A stretch of 63,814 bases of DNA, the filler included, from Folioceros fuciformis (Eukaryota), in NCBI GenBank assembly GCA_049999805.1. It is 6 parts of 6 records of this genome, joined end to end, with 100 filler letters (N's around TTAATTAATTAA, not from the genome) between each part and the next. Parts side by side here need not be neighbours in the genome. Positions count along the whole stretch, not along the records: positions 18,254 to 41,594 come from JBNGIO010002029.1; 5 more parts are not named here. One strand, 5' to 3'. The translations under genes were made by a program, and so were the position numbers. Within the stretch, counting starts at the first letter, position 1. Each line of letters starts with the position of its first letter. The notes under the pieces were generated by a model that worked only from the letters and a program-made list of their open reading frames with translations, made no database searches and was not told where the DNA came from. Positions 24,677-37,013 of this stretch are shown here, in pieces.

Positions 24677-27436
24677 TTAACAATCCCAAAAGGAGGCGGC
24701 AAAGAGCGGGCGCTCCTTCCACCTCAAAATCAAGCACTCCTGCTGTTGCGCGACCTGGAAGCCGTTACCGGGATACTGGTTGAGAAACCTCTCCACCTGC
24801 GTACTGCACCGGTGAGGAACAGCCTTGGGCTTGAATCCCGCCTTCAAGAAACGAGCTCGCCACTGGTGCGGCGTTTCGTAACGCTCAACCCTCTCCTCCC
24901 CCTCGCAGGCTACGATGTTGATGATTTCCCGGCCGAACCACAGCTGCTCGATCTGAGCTCTCTCCGGACTGTCCTGCTCCAGAGCCGCGGCCAAAGAGTC
25001 GAAGATGGCCGAATAGAAATGCAGCGCCTCCAGAAAGCGGGCCAGGAAATGAGAGCCGTTATGGTTGGCATCCGGCTCCAAGACGCATACCACCCTGGGC
25101 TGCAGGCTCCGCAGCACAGCCAGGAAGTTGGCTATGGTCCGCCCGCTCTCGTCGTGCAACAGCTTGTGCAACACGCCGGAACAGCTCACCGCCAGGCAAG
25201 ATCGCGTCTCCGCCGCCGCTCCCAGCATCCACGGCTGTAGGCTGGCCGCCGCCTCCACCATTGTGGCGGTGAATTCGAAGGCCACGCCCAGGGAGTTGGC
25301 GTAGCTGGCGATTTGCTGCCCCGCCTCGTGCACATCGTCCAGCGAGCAGGGCGGGTGGAAGTTCTTGTGGCTCAGTACCGCGGCCGTGAGGCGTATTCGA
25401 GCAGGGGGACCCCCGGCCCGAGAATTGAGATCCTGCAGCAGCGAGATCCACTGCCAGCTCTTCACCAGGGACAAGTCCAGCACATGCACATCCTCTTCTC
25501 CCTCAAAGGCCTCCAGGATGGCCCGGTTGGCCGCCATCCCGCAGAATTTGGGAATGGGACACACGTCGTGCAGGTACTGGCAGGCCTGCAGCACCGCCTC
25601 CTCCGTGGGCTCCTTGCACCCCAACGCCTTGTACAGCCCCGGTCCGCTACCGATGCCCGCCATCCGGGCCACTAACCCGTACGTGAAGTAGGAGGCCACG
25701 CGCTGCATGGAATCTCCGTATGGCGACAGCATCGCGCTCAGCTCTGACAATATGGAATTCGCATGTGCGAAGTTGCAGCTGCCAATTGCGTCTGCGCAGC
25801 TGATTACCAGGTTCACCAGATGCACTCCCGGGGAAACCTCCTCTTCCGGATCCGCCAGGTCATGGTGGGAACACGAACGGATGGGGTCAGGTGGGGGTAC
25901 CAGTGTCGGTGCGGGAAAGCCAGTGGAGCGAGCCATGACCATCTGCCTCACGGTGGTGGGATCCGGCACACCTGCTTGCATAACTTGACTGTATCCCGAC
26001 TCCTGCAACACACTGCCCACTGGGAAGTGCTCCTCCTGCCAGCTTCTCTCCATCGGCAGGCATTGCGTGCTAGAAGGAAGCGGGTTGTACTCCTCCCACG
26101 GGACCGTTGGGTGGTAGTTAAACGTGACATCACCGCAGACTGCTGCTGCTGCTGCTGCTTCTGCGTCTTGGGTCATGGGTGTACCAGCCACTACGCCATC
26201 TCCTTCCGGGGATGCGAATGATGCGGACGACAAGGGGTAGTCAAATACAAGTGATGGCAGAGGAGGGTCATTGAATATCGATTGAAAATTGAAGTCCCGA
26301 GGCGATTGGAATCTGCATGTCGGTTCTGACATTCTCACATCGTCGTACGTCAAAATCTCCGATGACCTCGACGATGTGAGAGTGCCTATTTCTGAAACAG
26401 AATGCCCGCCATACGTCTGTCTCTCCTCAGGCACCACAAGTGTCACACAATCCTCCAGGCCATGACACCCAGCTTTTTCACCTACTACCGCGCTCTTCAC
26501 ACTACCTGCAAAATTACCTGCTCCACTGCAGCCTTGTGCGGGGTTTGTGCAGCTGTAAGGATCTTCAGAATCAAGTGCAGCTAGAGGTTCAATAGCATCA
26601 ACTTCAACTGTTGTGGGCAACCTAAGTCCATGATGCTTACTACTACCAGCAGGGACATGGAAATCAGGGACTGACCTCTGCTGCATTGGCATATGGTTAT
26701 ACGGCACACTGGCCAGGTGCACGTTGAAGGGCACTGCGGTGCTGGAGTCACCTGAATCGCTGCCGTTACTCTTTTTTGTCTTCGGGGAGCTGGAGTCCGC
26801 GTGATCTGCAATGCTTCGCTGGCTGTGACAGCTATTGGAGGAATTGCAGGCCGTGGACGATGATGTCGGGGAGGGCTCTGGTTGTTGCGGTAATGCTGTA
26901 ACAACACCTAGTTGGCCACCATCTGTCCTCAGCACGCTCTCTAGGTCGGCCACGATATTGTGCACATCCTTGTTCCTCAATTCCGCATCTTCCTGCATAT
27001 GCCTCATCTCTTGTGCAGCTTGGTGAAAGATATGCGCCAGATTGAACTGCCTTGAAGAATGCAAATGCAAATAGCCCTCCACCCTCTCTTCACTTCCGCA
27101 GCAGCTACCTTGCATGTCAGCAAGCGCACCATGCGCGGGACTCGGCACAGTTACATGTCCTGATGCATCAAGGCATGAAACTACACCGTCTCGCAGCGCT
27201 GGCCCGTCCACCTTGCTCACTTCTTGCCTCGCCTGCATTCCAGATTGCGACACAGCCGTGGAAAGTTGCATGCTCGCGTTGTTACTGCTAATTGTGGAGA
27301 TCAAAACACCGCGACCGGTTCCCGCACCGCCAATTCTCAATGCAAGGGCTTGTACTTCGTCCTCCGTTCCAGAATTACAGTTATATGAAGCGGGTGATTC
27401 AGAGAGATGGGAAAGCCGTGTGGATCTGGACATCAT
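24677..27436 (-). CDS. GRAS family transcriptional regulator with a very long N-terminus (919 aa)
   Basis: Intronless ORF with LHRI (LVNLVISCADAI..GDSMQRVASYF), VHVLD, PFYRE (FLARFLEALHFYSAIFDSL) and SAW (ERVER..W..AASFW). No DELLA motif. Confidence 0.92.
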   Translation of the reverse strand: MMSRSTRLSHLSESPASYNCNSGTEDEVQALALRIGGAGTGRGVLISTISSNNASMQLSTAVSQSGMQARQEVSKVDGPALRDGVVSCLDASGHVTVPSPAHGALADMQGSCCGSEERVEGYLHLHSSRQFNLAHIFHQAAQEMRHMQEDAELRNKDVHNIVADLESVLRTDGGQLGVVTALPQQPEPSPTSSSTACNSSNSCHSQRSIADHADSSSPKTKKSNGSDSGDSSTAVPFNVHLASVPYNHMPMQQRSVPDFHVPAGSSKHHGLRLPTTVEVDAIEPLAALDSEDPYSCTNPAQGCSGAGNFAGSVKSAVVGEKAGCHGLEDCVTLVVPEERQTYGGHSVSEIGTLTSSRSSEILTYDDVRMSEPTCRFQSPRDFNFQSIFNDPPLPSLVFDYPLSSASFASPEGDGVVAGTPMTQDAEAAAAAAVCGDVTFNYHPTVPWEEYNPLPSSTQCLPMERSWQEEHFPVGSVLQESGYSQVMQAGVPDPTTVRQMVMARSTGFPAPTLVPPPDPIRSCSHHDLADPEEEVSPGVHLVNLVISCADAIGSCNFAHANSILSELSAMLSPYGDSMQRVASYFTYGLVARMAGIGSGPGLYKALGCKEPTEEAVLQACQYLHDVCPIPKFCGMAANRAILEAFEGEEDVHVLDLSLVKSWQWISLLQDLNSRAGGPPARIRLTAAVLSHKNFHPPCSLDDVHEAGQQIASYANSLGVAFEFTATMVEAAASLQPWMLGAAAETRSCLAVSCSGVLHKLLHDESGRTIANFLAVLRSLQPRVVCVLEPDANHNGSHFLARFLEALHFYSAIFDSLAAALEQDSPERAQIEQLWFGREIINIVACEGEERVERYETPHQWRARFLKAGFKPKAVPHRCSTQVERFLNQYPGNGFQVAQQQECLILRWKERPLFAASFWDC

Positions 27437-28302
27437 TGGCAGCCTGCCAACATAGAATTCTCTTCAAACGCATGCTCCATCTCTTGATAAATCCAATTCG
27501 CTTCCTCAATTCCGCGATGGACAAAACCCGTCAGGCCCAGAGAGCCTTTCCCATATGCAGACGGATTCACTCCTGCTCCTGCATGCCCCAATCGCGGGAA
27601 CTCTCAGTGCATGTGTCCATACCCCTGCAGCTGCTGGCCACCGGGTGTTGCTCCTTGCTCTGAGAATCCAGAGCGCGGGCCTACTTGTGATACGCAACCT
27701 AGAACCGCCTCGGTCCTTGTGTGCAATGATCCATTCCACAAAGGAGCATCGTAACAGCAACGGCAGTGCAGGAAAATGGCACACAGCAGACTACAGCAGA
27801 TGGTAGGCAGAGCGACAAGGTGGTAAAGTAGTCTAGCAAGGTAGGTAGCGGGCGATGGTCTTGTAGGCCACCAAATTCAAGGCAACCAAAACGCTCACAC
27901 TCGCCAGCCAAGAAAGCTCCGAAACCCGGCCGGGCTGCAATGGGACCCTGTCCTCATTCCTGGCCGGCGCCGGGATCCGTTCCGCGGACGCGCATTGCCA
28001 CATTACCCCATTTAATTAGAGAAAGACAAGGATAGCACACCAGCAAATCATGCTTGTCGCGGCGCGGCGCTTCGTTTGTCCCGCACTATCCTAGCTCCTC
28101 AGTTATCACGCCCGCTCATCTGAGGTTCGGCCCGAGCCTCCAGCTTGGGCGCGAAGCCTCTTCGAACTTTCTCCCGCCACTCGCGCCCCGCCGGAAGCGC
28201 GACCTTCCCACGGCTTCTGTGGGCGCTGGCCTCATGTAGACTGCACCAATCCTGAATTGTGCTTGTCGTGAATGCTAGTTGTACTGGGAAAATTCGAGTG
28301 GC

Positions 28303-30706
28303 ATGGCGGAGCTGGTGGACGGAGAAAGGCCGGATGCAGCTCAGGAAATGCCGGCCGTGGCGCAGCTGCGGGAAACTGCAGACAGCTTGTGGGGGAAAAT
28401 GCAGGAGCTGGACGGTTGCAGATCGCACTTGCGAGCAATCACGCAGCTCGCGGAAGTCCAGGCTGCGCGGTGTAGCGGCACCAGTCTGCCACACTTGGAG
28501 GTGAGTATGCATGCTTTCAGGGAAGACGGGGCCTGAGCCGGCAGCGTTTGAGTCTCAAGCTCGCCAGCGTTCTCTTCCTAGTCAGGCACAGCTCGCGGAA
28601 CTGAAGGAAGACCTTATTGAAGCCAAGATTGAAGAGATTTTACTGCAGAGCTTGGAAACTGGCCGCTTTGAGGTTGACATTCCCTTGGGAAGCCAGGAAA
28701 GAGGTTATGGTGCGGCGCTGTGTCTGTTTTCTTCTGTGGTTTTTTACCTCCTCTGGCAAAAGGCTCATTGGGAGGTCCTTTCGAGCGTACAGAGGAGTGG
28801 CCGATGCCGGATGTTGCACAACTTGCGAAAGAGATGGAAGATGCAATAGCAACAATCAGCTCTGGTGTGCTGCACATTTGTGCCCTTGGTGCCGTGTCAA
28901 TGTTTCCCTCCTTGCCTACTGTCGAAGCCCGAACTGAAGGCAGTGTGTTTAGGCTGGGAGCACTTTGAGAATGAGCAGCAACATCTGCATGGCATTTTGA
29001 GTGCCTGTGACCAGCAGGTACTTTTCGGAGGAGGGATCGGTGTGGATGGGGACTCGCTTGAATTTCTGTAACAGGAGGCTCATTGCATTCTTGGCACCTC
29101 TGCAGATAGCGAACCTTGAAGAGCTGTACGAGCAAGTGGATTTGGTGAGTACCTTTTTTCCTCTCGTCTCCTGGCCATGTCCAGACAATGAACTGTATGT
29201 GTGACAAATATTCATAATCAGTTGCCCCCGTTCCTTTAGAGCACAGGAGCACATCAGGAATATCAGTGCGCATCTCGACGCTTGGTGAGCGAAGGACTTT
29301 CACTTGCCAGGTATCTTATGTATCTGGTATGTCCCAAGTATCTGATGCCACCGTCATCAAATGTTAGGAAGAAATCCGTGCGCGATCACTGGAAATTGAC
29401 ATTGAGATTGAAGATGAGGACCGACAGATTCTTCTTGCGAAAGCCGAGGTATGTGTGTTGTTCTAGCACCTCCTTCACGCCTGCCGGTGGGTATGTGCTG
29501 ATTGCTCTTTCACCTTTGATCGATTGCAGCTGGAGGAGGGTCGCAGAGAATTGGCTGCAAAGCTACTGCATCAGCAGAAGCTTGATACAATTGCTGAGAC
29601 AGGCGAGAGGTACAAACTCTTTGGGCTAACGATTGTCTCATGCTAGTCTTCAACTATTTTTTGAGATGTCAGGTTGCCGAATGCTGTCATCTGGGAACTG
29701 CTCGTGCTTGCGCCAGGTGCACCCTGGCACTCAAGCATCGAGCTATGTATTCCGGAATCACTTTGACAGATTTCTCTGATACATGCATAAAGTTGAATGC
29801 TAAGATTCACAAAACTTCAAGCACAAAAAGCGTAGAGGAGCATACTCAAGGCACATTGTTTGTCGAGCACACCCTTGAGATCATTCTGGATCCCTTCTCC
29901 ATGGAACTTCGAGACGCGCAGGTTAGTAGCACATCAAAAGAGCAATCATCTCCCGATGACCATGTGTACGGTTGACTCTGAACATTGGCTTTTCTCGCAG
30001 ATTGTTCCTGATGATGTTTCCATAGGCGACCTGATTTCAGGAGCGAAGCAGGCATCGTACGCATACTATGACATGTTTTGTCCGGTCGGTCGAGTTGCTG
30101 GACTTCATATTTCATGTCATTACCTGAGTCATCTGGATTTGCAGAGTTCGCAGTTATCGCCTTTCTAGGCTGGGAGGAAAAAGGAACAAAACTTTGAGCC
30201 AGGTGGAATATTTGGTAAACGAGGTTTGTGAGAGGATATATTTGCACGGTATGAAAGCTGCGGCAGTGAGTAGGGCATCGGAAAGTTCCAGGTGCGATGA
30301 AAATGGAAGTTCCATTTCCTCTCCTATTATTCTCAAACCCTTTCTGTGCAGTAACCACTAATCCGTTGTGCTCCACACTCGCAGATATGACTTCAGATTA
30401 ATAGAGCACTCGTATATTTCTGCAACTATTCTTGGCAACATGGAGACTCTCCTTGAGGCTCCTCCGAACTGGCCGATGCCAGGATTTCCGCTGAGTTTGA
30501 GCTCATTGCTTCCAGACCACAATGCGGCTGATGAAATTCTGGTAATGGGGTAACAGCGAAGTCTAGGAAGCGTTTAATGATTTGCATCACTTACGTGTCA
30601 TATTGGTGTTTTGCAGGAACGGTCTAATTCGCTACCGGAGTCGCTGCGTTGTGACCTCGTTCGATTTGTTGAAGCGGTGGAGAAAATCGTTGCCAGCATG
30701 AATTGA
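28303..30706 (+). CDS. Coiled-coil plus RWD-like protein, probable plant ZWINT1-like kinetochore protein
   Basis: Multi-exon gene from ATG 28303 to TGA 30706; internal exon boundaries only partly resolved. C-terminal blocks LRDAQIVPDDVSIGDLI, LVNEVCERI, RYDFRLIEH..NWPMPGFPLSLSSL and SNSLPESLRCDLVRFVEAVEKIV resemble, from memory, the Arabidopsis At3g23910 family. Confidence 0.6.
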
Positions 30707-31959
30707 TGAAATGTTTAGGATTGTCAAAGTTTTAAAGTTGTCCGGACCGCATCCGCATGTCTCATCGAACGCTGCGCGTTCTGAGTTTGAAATCGAACTT
30801 CTTTCCTCCGCTGGCCCACCGGATGTGATACGACAATGGTTTGGCGCCAAGGCGGTTGTAACGCCGGCTTAAGGAGTATACGTTGTGTGGTAGGTGCTAT
30901 TCACGAGCCCATTTAATAATGAGTTGTAGGAAGTGGCAGCTGGTTCGTGGCGAACCGCTGATGCAGGGACTCAGCAGTTGAAGGCGTACAAATACAAGAT
31001 GTCGGGAGGGAAATGGGATTAGCGTTGCCTGTACCGGTGCAAAACTTGGAAAACAAGGAGAACGGTACGGCCCAAAGAGAGAGACTAAGTGCATGGGTGA
31101 AGAAAGCGCAGCACGGAGTGCTTGGGAGAATACAGGACAAGGAGGGAGGGAATTAGGCAATCTAGATACCCCAACTTCTATGCCTGCTCTCGATAGAACC
31201 GATGTGGGTAGATTGTGGCAACAGGCTCCTCCGCCTAAGTCATTCATCCTCGCGAGCACTGGATGGCATTTCAGCCAAGTTTCATCCACCTGCCCGACTA
31301 TGGCTTCCAAATGGGCCTTGGAGTACCCTCGTTGTAACGCCCACGATGTGATTGTGGCAGCAGGAAGCTCGTACCCGGGCCTCGGCCTCGGTGCTGGTGG
31401 TGTAGGCAACGGACGCCAGGAAGTGTTCTTTTTGTCCCCGGCGTTGGGACGTAGTACACAAGTGAGGCCAACGAGAGCGGCCCAAGGCAAAATGTAGAAC
31501 GTGGCCGGCCGCGGAGGAGAAGACATTTAGGCGCATTACAGAGGCAGAGGAGGGACAGGCCTGGGATGTGATGGAGAGGATGTACATAAGTCCACGCGTC
31601 CGTCGATTGTCGATTTCCTGGTCACCTGGCCATGTGCCTGGATATGCGTGGAATCTCCGGGCACCCCGGTGTCAACAGAAGAAAGATCCAGTCTGCCACA
31701 CACTGCCCACTTGATGCGATTTTCGGACAGTGAGTCGCTTCGGAAGCACGTACAGTACGTACATCACATTTCCTAGGTCTTCGTGACAGTGATCCATTCC
31801 TACTGCCACCCGCTTTCAGTGCTCAACCGAGCCTCCAAGCTATCAAAGTCAGCATCGCAGCAGAATCGAAGGACATGTCTCACAGCGACACCATAATTGA
31901 GACATGACTCCTAACTCTTTTGATTTTGATATGATTAAGTTGGTGTGATGTTTGCGATT

Positions 31960-33108
31960 TCACACAACACCTTCGCCCCACACATCTTCATCGTTTATGA
32001 GGTTCACCTTCAACCTTGGTTTGCCATTTGGAACCTGTGACGAAACACCTGAGCACGAATTTCCGAAAAGCGAATCTGCCAAAAGGCTAGTGAATGCAAC
32101 GATACTTACGGGGCACATGCAGCTCCTGATCAGGTCTGATCCTCTGCTGTCCGCTCGATATCCAACCTGACAAAGGGGCGGCAAGGGTCGGAGTGAGTTG
32201 AACATATGTTTGGCGAGAGTAAGGGAGTTTTTAGGAATGCTAACCCACAATTCAGTGCACCTCATGAGCGCCACCAACCACCTCCATTTCACAGTGACAG
32301 CAAGACCCCTCGAAGCAGAAATCCTGTAACACAAACAACCCACGAAAAACACACCCACGACCTGCTTACAACATCCATGAGGTCACAAAGTCTGAAAATG
32401 CAATAGGGAGGGAGACTCACGATATTCGGCATCATAACCCCACATCTTTCTGCCAGTCTAAGCAAGTTTTCACCTGACTTGGCGGTGACCACCACCTGCT
32501 CTCACATTTTCCCAAAAACAGAACACAAGCAGCTGTTAGAGCCTGTTAGTCCCAATGCCATATGCCTCAACTGGTGCTGTTTTGGTGTTCCGTGGAACTC
32601 ACGTTGTCGCAGCCACGATTGAACTCGACCACAACTTCCTCGGCGCCTTGTTCAGCACTAGAAAAACATACGACGCATTGAGTCACCAGCAAGACAGGAC
32701 AGCACATCGCTGCCCGAATGGAGGGCCAGAAAGATCCACATGAGACACACCTGTTTCCCCAGTATGTACCAGGAAGTGCAGCTTCTTTAAAACGCTCCTC
32801 ACCAACTACACCTTTTTTGGGGCTGGAAAACTTCTCCAATGCTGAATTCTTGCAAATTGGGTGGACAAAGCTAGCCTCATATTGCAGCCTGACAACGCAT
32901 ATGCCATACCAAGCCAAGAATTCACAGCCACGCAGACAAAATGCGTACCGAAGCACGTTATGGTGCATAAGTATCTCTGGGGACACCGTGATCGCGGGGG
33001 GTCACAGGAAGTTGCTCCCATCCTCGGAAGTTGCAGTATGAGCAGGTCTCTCGAACTGGGCAGCTGGACTACAGGCTGCCATCGTCCTGAAGCTGCCACC
33101 GCAGCCAT
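31960..33108 (-). CDS. Plastid-targeted 2Fe-2S ferredoxin-like protein
   Basis: 3' exons 32657-32603, 32495-32421, 32323-32261, 32166-32110 and 32034-31960 give AKSGENLLRLAERCGV..DFCFEGSCCHCEMEV..IRSCMCPVP (Cx4Cx2C..C). Transit-peptide-like N-terminus from ATG 33108; the first intron is less certain. Confidence 0.8.
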
Positions 33109-33120
33109 GGCCACCCCTAG

Positions 33121-33124
<4 letters not shown>

Positions 33125-33159
<35 letters not shown>
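33125..33159. repeat. Poly(T) tract of about 35 nt
   Basis: Homopolymer just upstream of the ferredoxin-like start codon. Confidence 0.9.
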
Positions 33160-33162
<3 letters not shown>

Positions 33163-33743
33163 TTGGTCGTTCAAAATTCTGGAATCTGCCAGAGCTTCGT
33201 CAGACGTTCACTCGTTTTTTCCCGAACAGGAGGCTAGTGAGAATTTCGCACTTTAAAATCTCGGCTTGTCTCCTAAATGCGTTAAGTACCGGAGCCTCGA
33301 AAATCTGCAGACGCTCACGCCGCTCACGTTGTGGCTTGCGCAGCACGTCAGAGACACATGGACGCCGCTGGTTGAAGTGACTGGATGGTCCATAAAGTTT
33401 TGGCACGTTGCTGTCGGGGAACAGTCCTCATACATTGGACGTCCTAGTGGCCCTTAGGAGTGGTTTGTGGAACGCGTCCTCTTGAACTTCTTTCCTCTCG
33501 ATTTCACACGGGCATTGGCTGCATCGTTCCTGACCCCCGCACATTGCACGTATGATAGCCTGGCAGAAACATTCGGTTGGTCGGTGTTGATTGCTAGATG
33601 GGAGGGAGAAAATTGCGGAGCAGACAAGCCTTCTTGCGATTGTAAGTGGCACTGGCACAGTGCCGCTCTTCACGTTTGTATGAAAGCCCTGACAGCTGAT
33701 CCAGCTCTCTGAAAAAAATTGAATGCGTTCTCCTCGTGTGCAG

Positions 33744-36700
33744 GACTTCGGAAGATGGTATGGCTATGGACATAAGAGGTTTGTTATGGCAGTCACTTTT
33801 GGAGATGCTGATCCCCGTCTATTCCGGTTCCAGCCCACAAATTCGTGGAACAGCGCTGACAAGGACAGGTCCCCCGTAGACCCAGAAGCTGTTGACAGCG
33901 GCGATGAGGAGAACCAAGAGCGAAGTTACACCTTGCCAAAGCCCACCAAAGAGTGTGGATGCCTACAGTTTGGGGGCTTATCGTTTATCAATAAGCTGCG
34001 GGAACAATCTGTTATCCAATTCTCATGGTACGGAGCGTGCCTTCCTTTCGATCATGCTGTTTCCAGTGGCACAATGGGCACTCAGGAGGTCTATGTATCT
34101 GTGACCTTCCAGGATAACGTTTGTGAAAGAGACTATCTATCACACTTTCTTCCCCCTTTCTCTTCCGCTCTTGTTTTGTTGGGAGGGTGGCGCGATCGGC
34201 CTTATCAACAGACAATTCTTTTCCCTTGGGGGACTTGGTCTTATCCAATGGTTTTTTGGTATCTGCTGTAAGTACTCTCTTTAATCCCTTGAGGCTGGAG
34301 CCTGTGCCTGTGACTCTACCTTTGTAGTTTCCTGGGAACAAACTTGAACCTTCCCTGTTTATGCTGTTGTTGGCAGTTTGCATCATGAACGTCCTGGTGG
34401 CGTTTCACTTCAATGCAGAAGTGGTGGTTGTGGATATTCTTTGGATGATGCGGAGCATGGTATGCTGCTTACTACCTGTCTTTCTAGCAACTTTTCATAG
34501 CACCTCTTTCAGAGTTCTTCGGCTTACTGACTTCTTCTTCTTAACGAAAGGTGCTTGCTACGAAGTATGGTTTCATCAGCAAATCAGAGATGAAGACCAT
34601 GAAGAAGCACGTTCTTCCGATGGAAATTCATGCTGGACGAACTGTACGAATTGACACATGACAACTTATCTTTACTGCTTCTCTATTCAAAGTCTGTCAA
34701 GGATCTGTGTGGCAAGTTTACTCCACATCGGCACCTAGATCTTGGTTTCCTAATTGCTTCTGTTTTGCAGCTGTTTTTTGCATGGATCAACCCAATACCT
34801 CTGGATGTGCTCAAGAGACAGCTGCTACTTGCTGCGATACGGAAGGATCTTATTGATTGCACATGTACTTTGCGACTTACTCCTGGAGTTGCTCAGAAAG
34901 TGGTTTGTTTGATAATGAGACAACTGTCAAATGGCTCTGGTGTAAGTGACAGCCATTGGCATCCGTTAACATGAGTAGAGCACTTATCCATTTGTAGACA
35001 AGGGATCTGCTTTCTGAGGTCTTAGTGTCTCTTAGGAATAGTTCCTGTCAAGACATGCAGACATCTTCCCCATCACAGCTGCTCCCTGCCCTTTTTCAGT
35101 AGAGCTCCAGCTGTCTCGATTAGAGGATGTTTATGTTCACAGAACCGTAATGTGCAGGAACAGTATTTTCTTTCAAAGTCAGACGACAGGCAACTAGTCC
35201 GTGTTCTGGGGGGCCGTCTCTCTGCGAAAAAAAAGTTTTGTGACTGGTGTGCAACACATGATTGCGAATCTTCTGAATTGGAAGCCAGATGGATTAAAAT
35301 TTGCATGAGCCGCATGAGGGCGGATCCGGAACATATTCTTCCGGGTGCACAGGAGCTGGATGGAGACGCAGAGAGCATGGGAACAGACTCCATGAACAGT
35401 CAGCCTGATAATAGTGGCACAGGGCAAAAATGTCCGGCCCTGGATCTGCCTGTGCTCATGTACACAGCGTACCTACTGCAACATTCTTCAGCTCTTCTTT
35501 CGTAAGTTCTCCTATATCTCATGAATCTTTTAGTCTCCAAGTGTCCTATGTTTGCCATGTCTCAGTAGCTACTGTATGTTCGATAGGAAAAAGAAGATCT
35601 TTCACCAAATTATAGGATACCCCCACAGGGTGTGGTGGACGTCATACGTTTTGGCATTGTGTCACGCAGCAATACCCTTTGCAGCCCGTGCAGTAACAGG
35701 TACCCCGTCGTTGTATTAGACATCGCTTACTGATGCTCATGAAGGATTCTCTTTTATTTGCTTTGGATGGGTGAACATTGCAGGCGATCCTCCTGTCTTT
35801 GGCAGCCACCGTTGGTATGACTACGTAATCAGTGTGACCAGCTTTATTTTGGACACTCACGCCATGTACGTACGTGATGTTGGTTCTGACTGTCCACCAA
35901 ATGGTTGCTTTGGCAGTTGATCCCATCTTCACTACTGTGCAGGGCATCAGGAATAGCTTTCATGTTAGCAGGAGCTGCCGATTTTCGGAGAAGGTATTTT
36001 GCTGCAAGGCTGCTTAATATGATCCTTAAGGGTGGACAATTTGTTGAGACTGAAGATCCCAGCACAACGACAGAAGCAGAAAAATTGTCGTTTTATCAAA
36101 TGGCTATTCAAGTGGATTTTGAGGAGCCGTCCTCCATCATCGGATGGTGGGCGATGAGAGTTTTGGTACAGGATTTTGGACGGGTCTTTTACATGAGAGT
36201 GAAGGTACGCCCATTTCTCCCATGTCTCTGTCAGCAGAAATTCCGCTCCTATGCCTAAGTTGTTGTGCTTCTGCACTCGCAGTACTATGCAACTTATTTT
36301 GCCATCTATTGCGGTCTGCTTCTTGCGTTCTTGGTGATTGAGCTGCTGTCCTCAAGTACGCGCTCATCAGCATATCTTGTGTAAGCTTCTACGTCTTTCA
36401 GTGAAATGTTTGAATTCATTGAATAGTAAATTTAGTGACGCTGGAGAGCTCATCCTCTTGGTATTCAACTTGCAGACCTCTGGTCACTTACGATCTCGTT
36501 GTATTTACCATACTGCTGGCTCTGATCGTGTTTCCTGCCGGAGAGACAAATGAGATGTACCATGAGCATGGTGCTACCCTGGCCCGAAAGAAGGTATGGG
36601 ATTTAATTTCAAACATGTCTCCCACCATTCGAGAGCCTCAGCCTTTCACCTTCTTTCCACTAACATGGCTGCCACTGCAGTTGCTGTTGAAGACCAGGTT

Positions 36701-37013
36701 AAGTAAACCATTTGATTCGTATGTTCATCGGGAGAACCTAATGTACGTTGTTGATTTCTTGCAAACTGTATCCGAAGCAGTGGAATGGGAAAACACGTCT
36801 GCAAAGGTACACCCATGTGGACCTTCGTTCTCTGCTAACCCGTTTGTCTCACCATCTGTGCACAGCCTGCTGATATCATGTGCTTGGTGGGCCTTGTAGG
36901 TTACGATCTTGGGCTTCAACACTGGTAAACAAGTCATAGGAGTGTTGATCGGTACTGCTGGAATCGCTATTGGCATAGCTGCCCAGCAGTTCACCAGCAG
37001 ACTCTCGCTATGA
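33744..37013 (+). CDS. Multi-pass membrane protein resembling PHTF-type 7TM ion channel superfamily members (start not resolved)
   Basis: Spliced blocks: FSWITFVKETIYHTFFPLSLPLLF; ILWMMRSM|VLATKYG; AFMLAGAADFRRRYFAARLL; SIIGWWAMRVLVQDFGRVFYMRVK; AGETNEMY; ENLMYVVDFLQTVSEAVEWENTSAK|VTILGF..AIGIAAQQF; stop at 37013. The gene itself is well supported; the family call is by recalled motif similarity. Confidence 0.65.

Noticed and set aside
30897-31587. Overlapping ORFs between the ZWINT1-like and ferredoxin-like genes; likewise 37750-38490, 48535-49380 and 61985-62704
   Set aside because: No motif, splice structure or coding bias that I could support; they remain unexplained.
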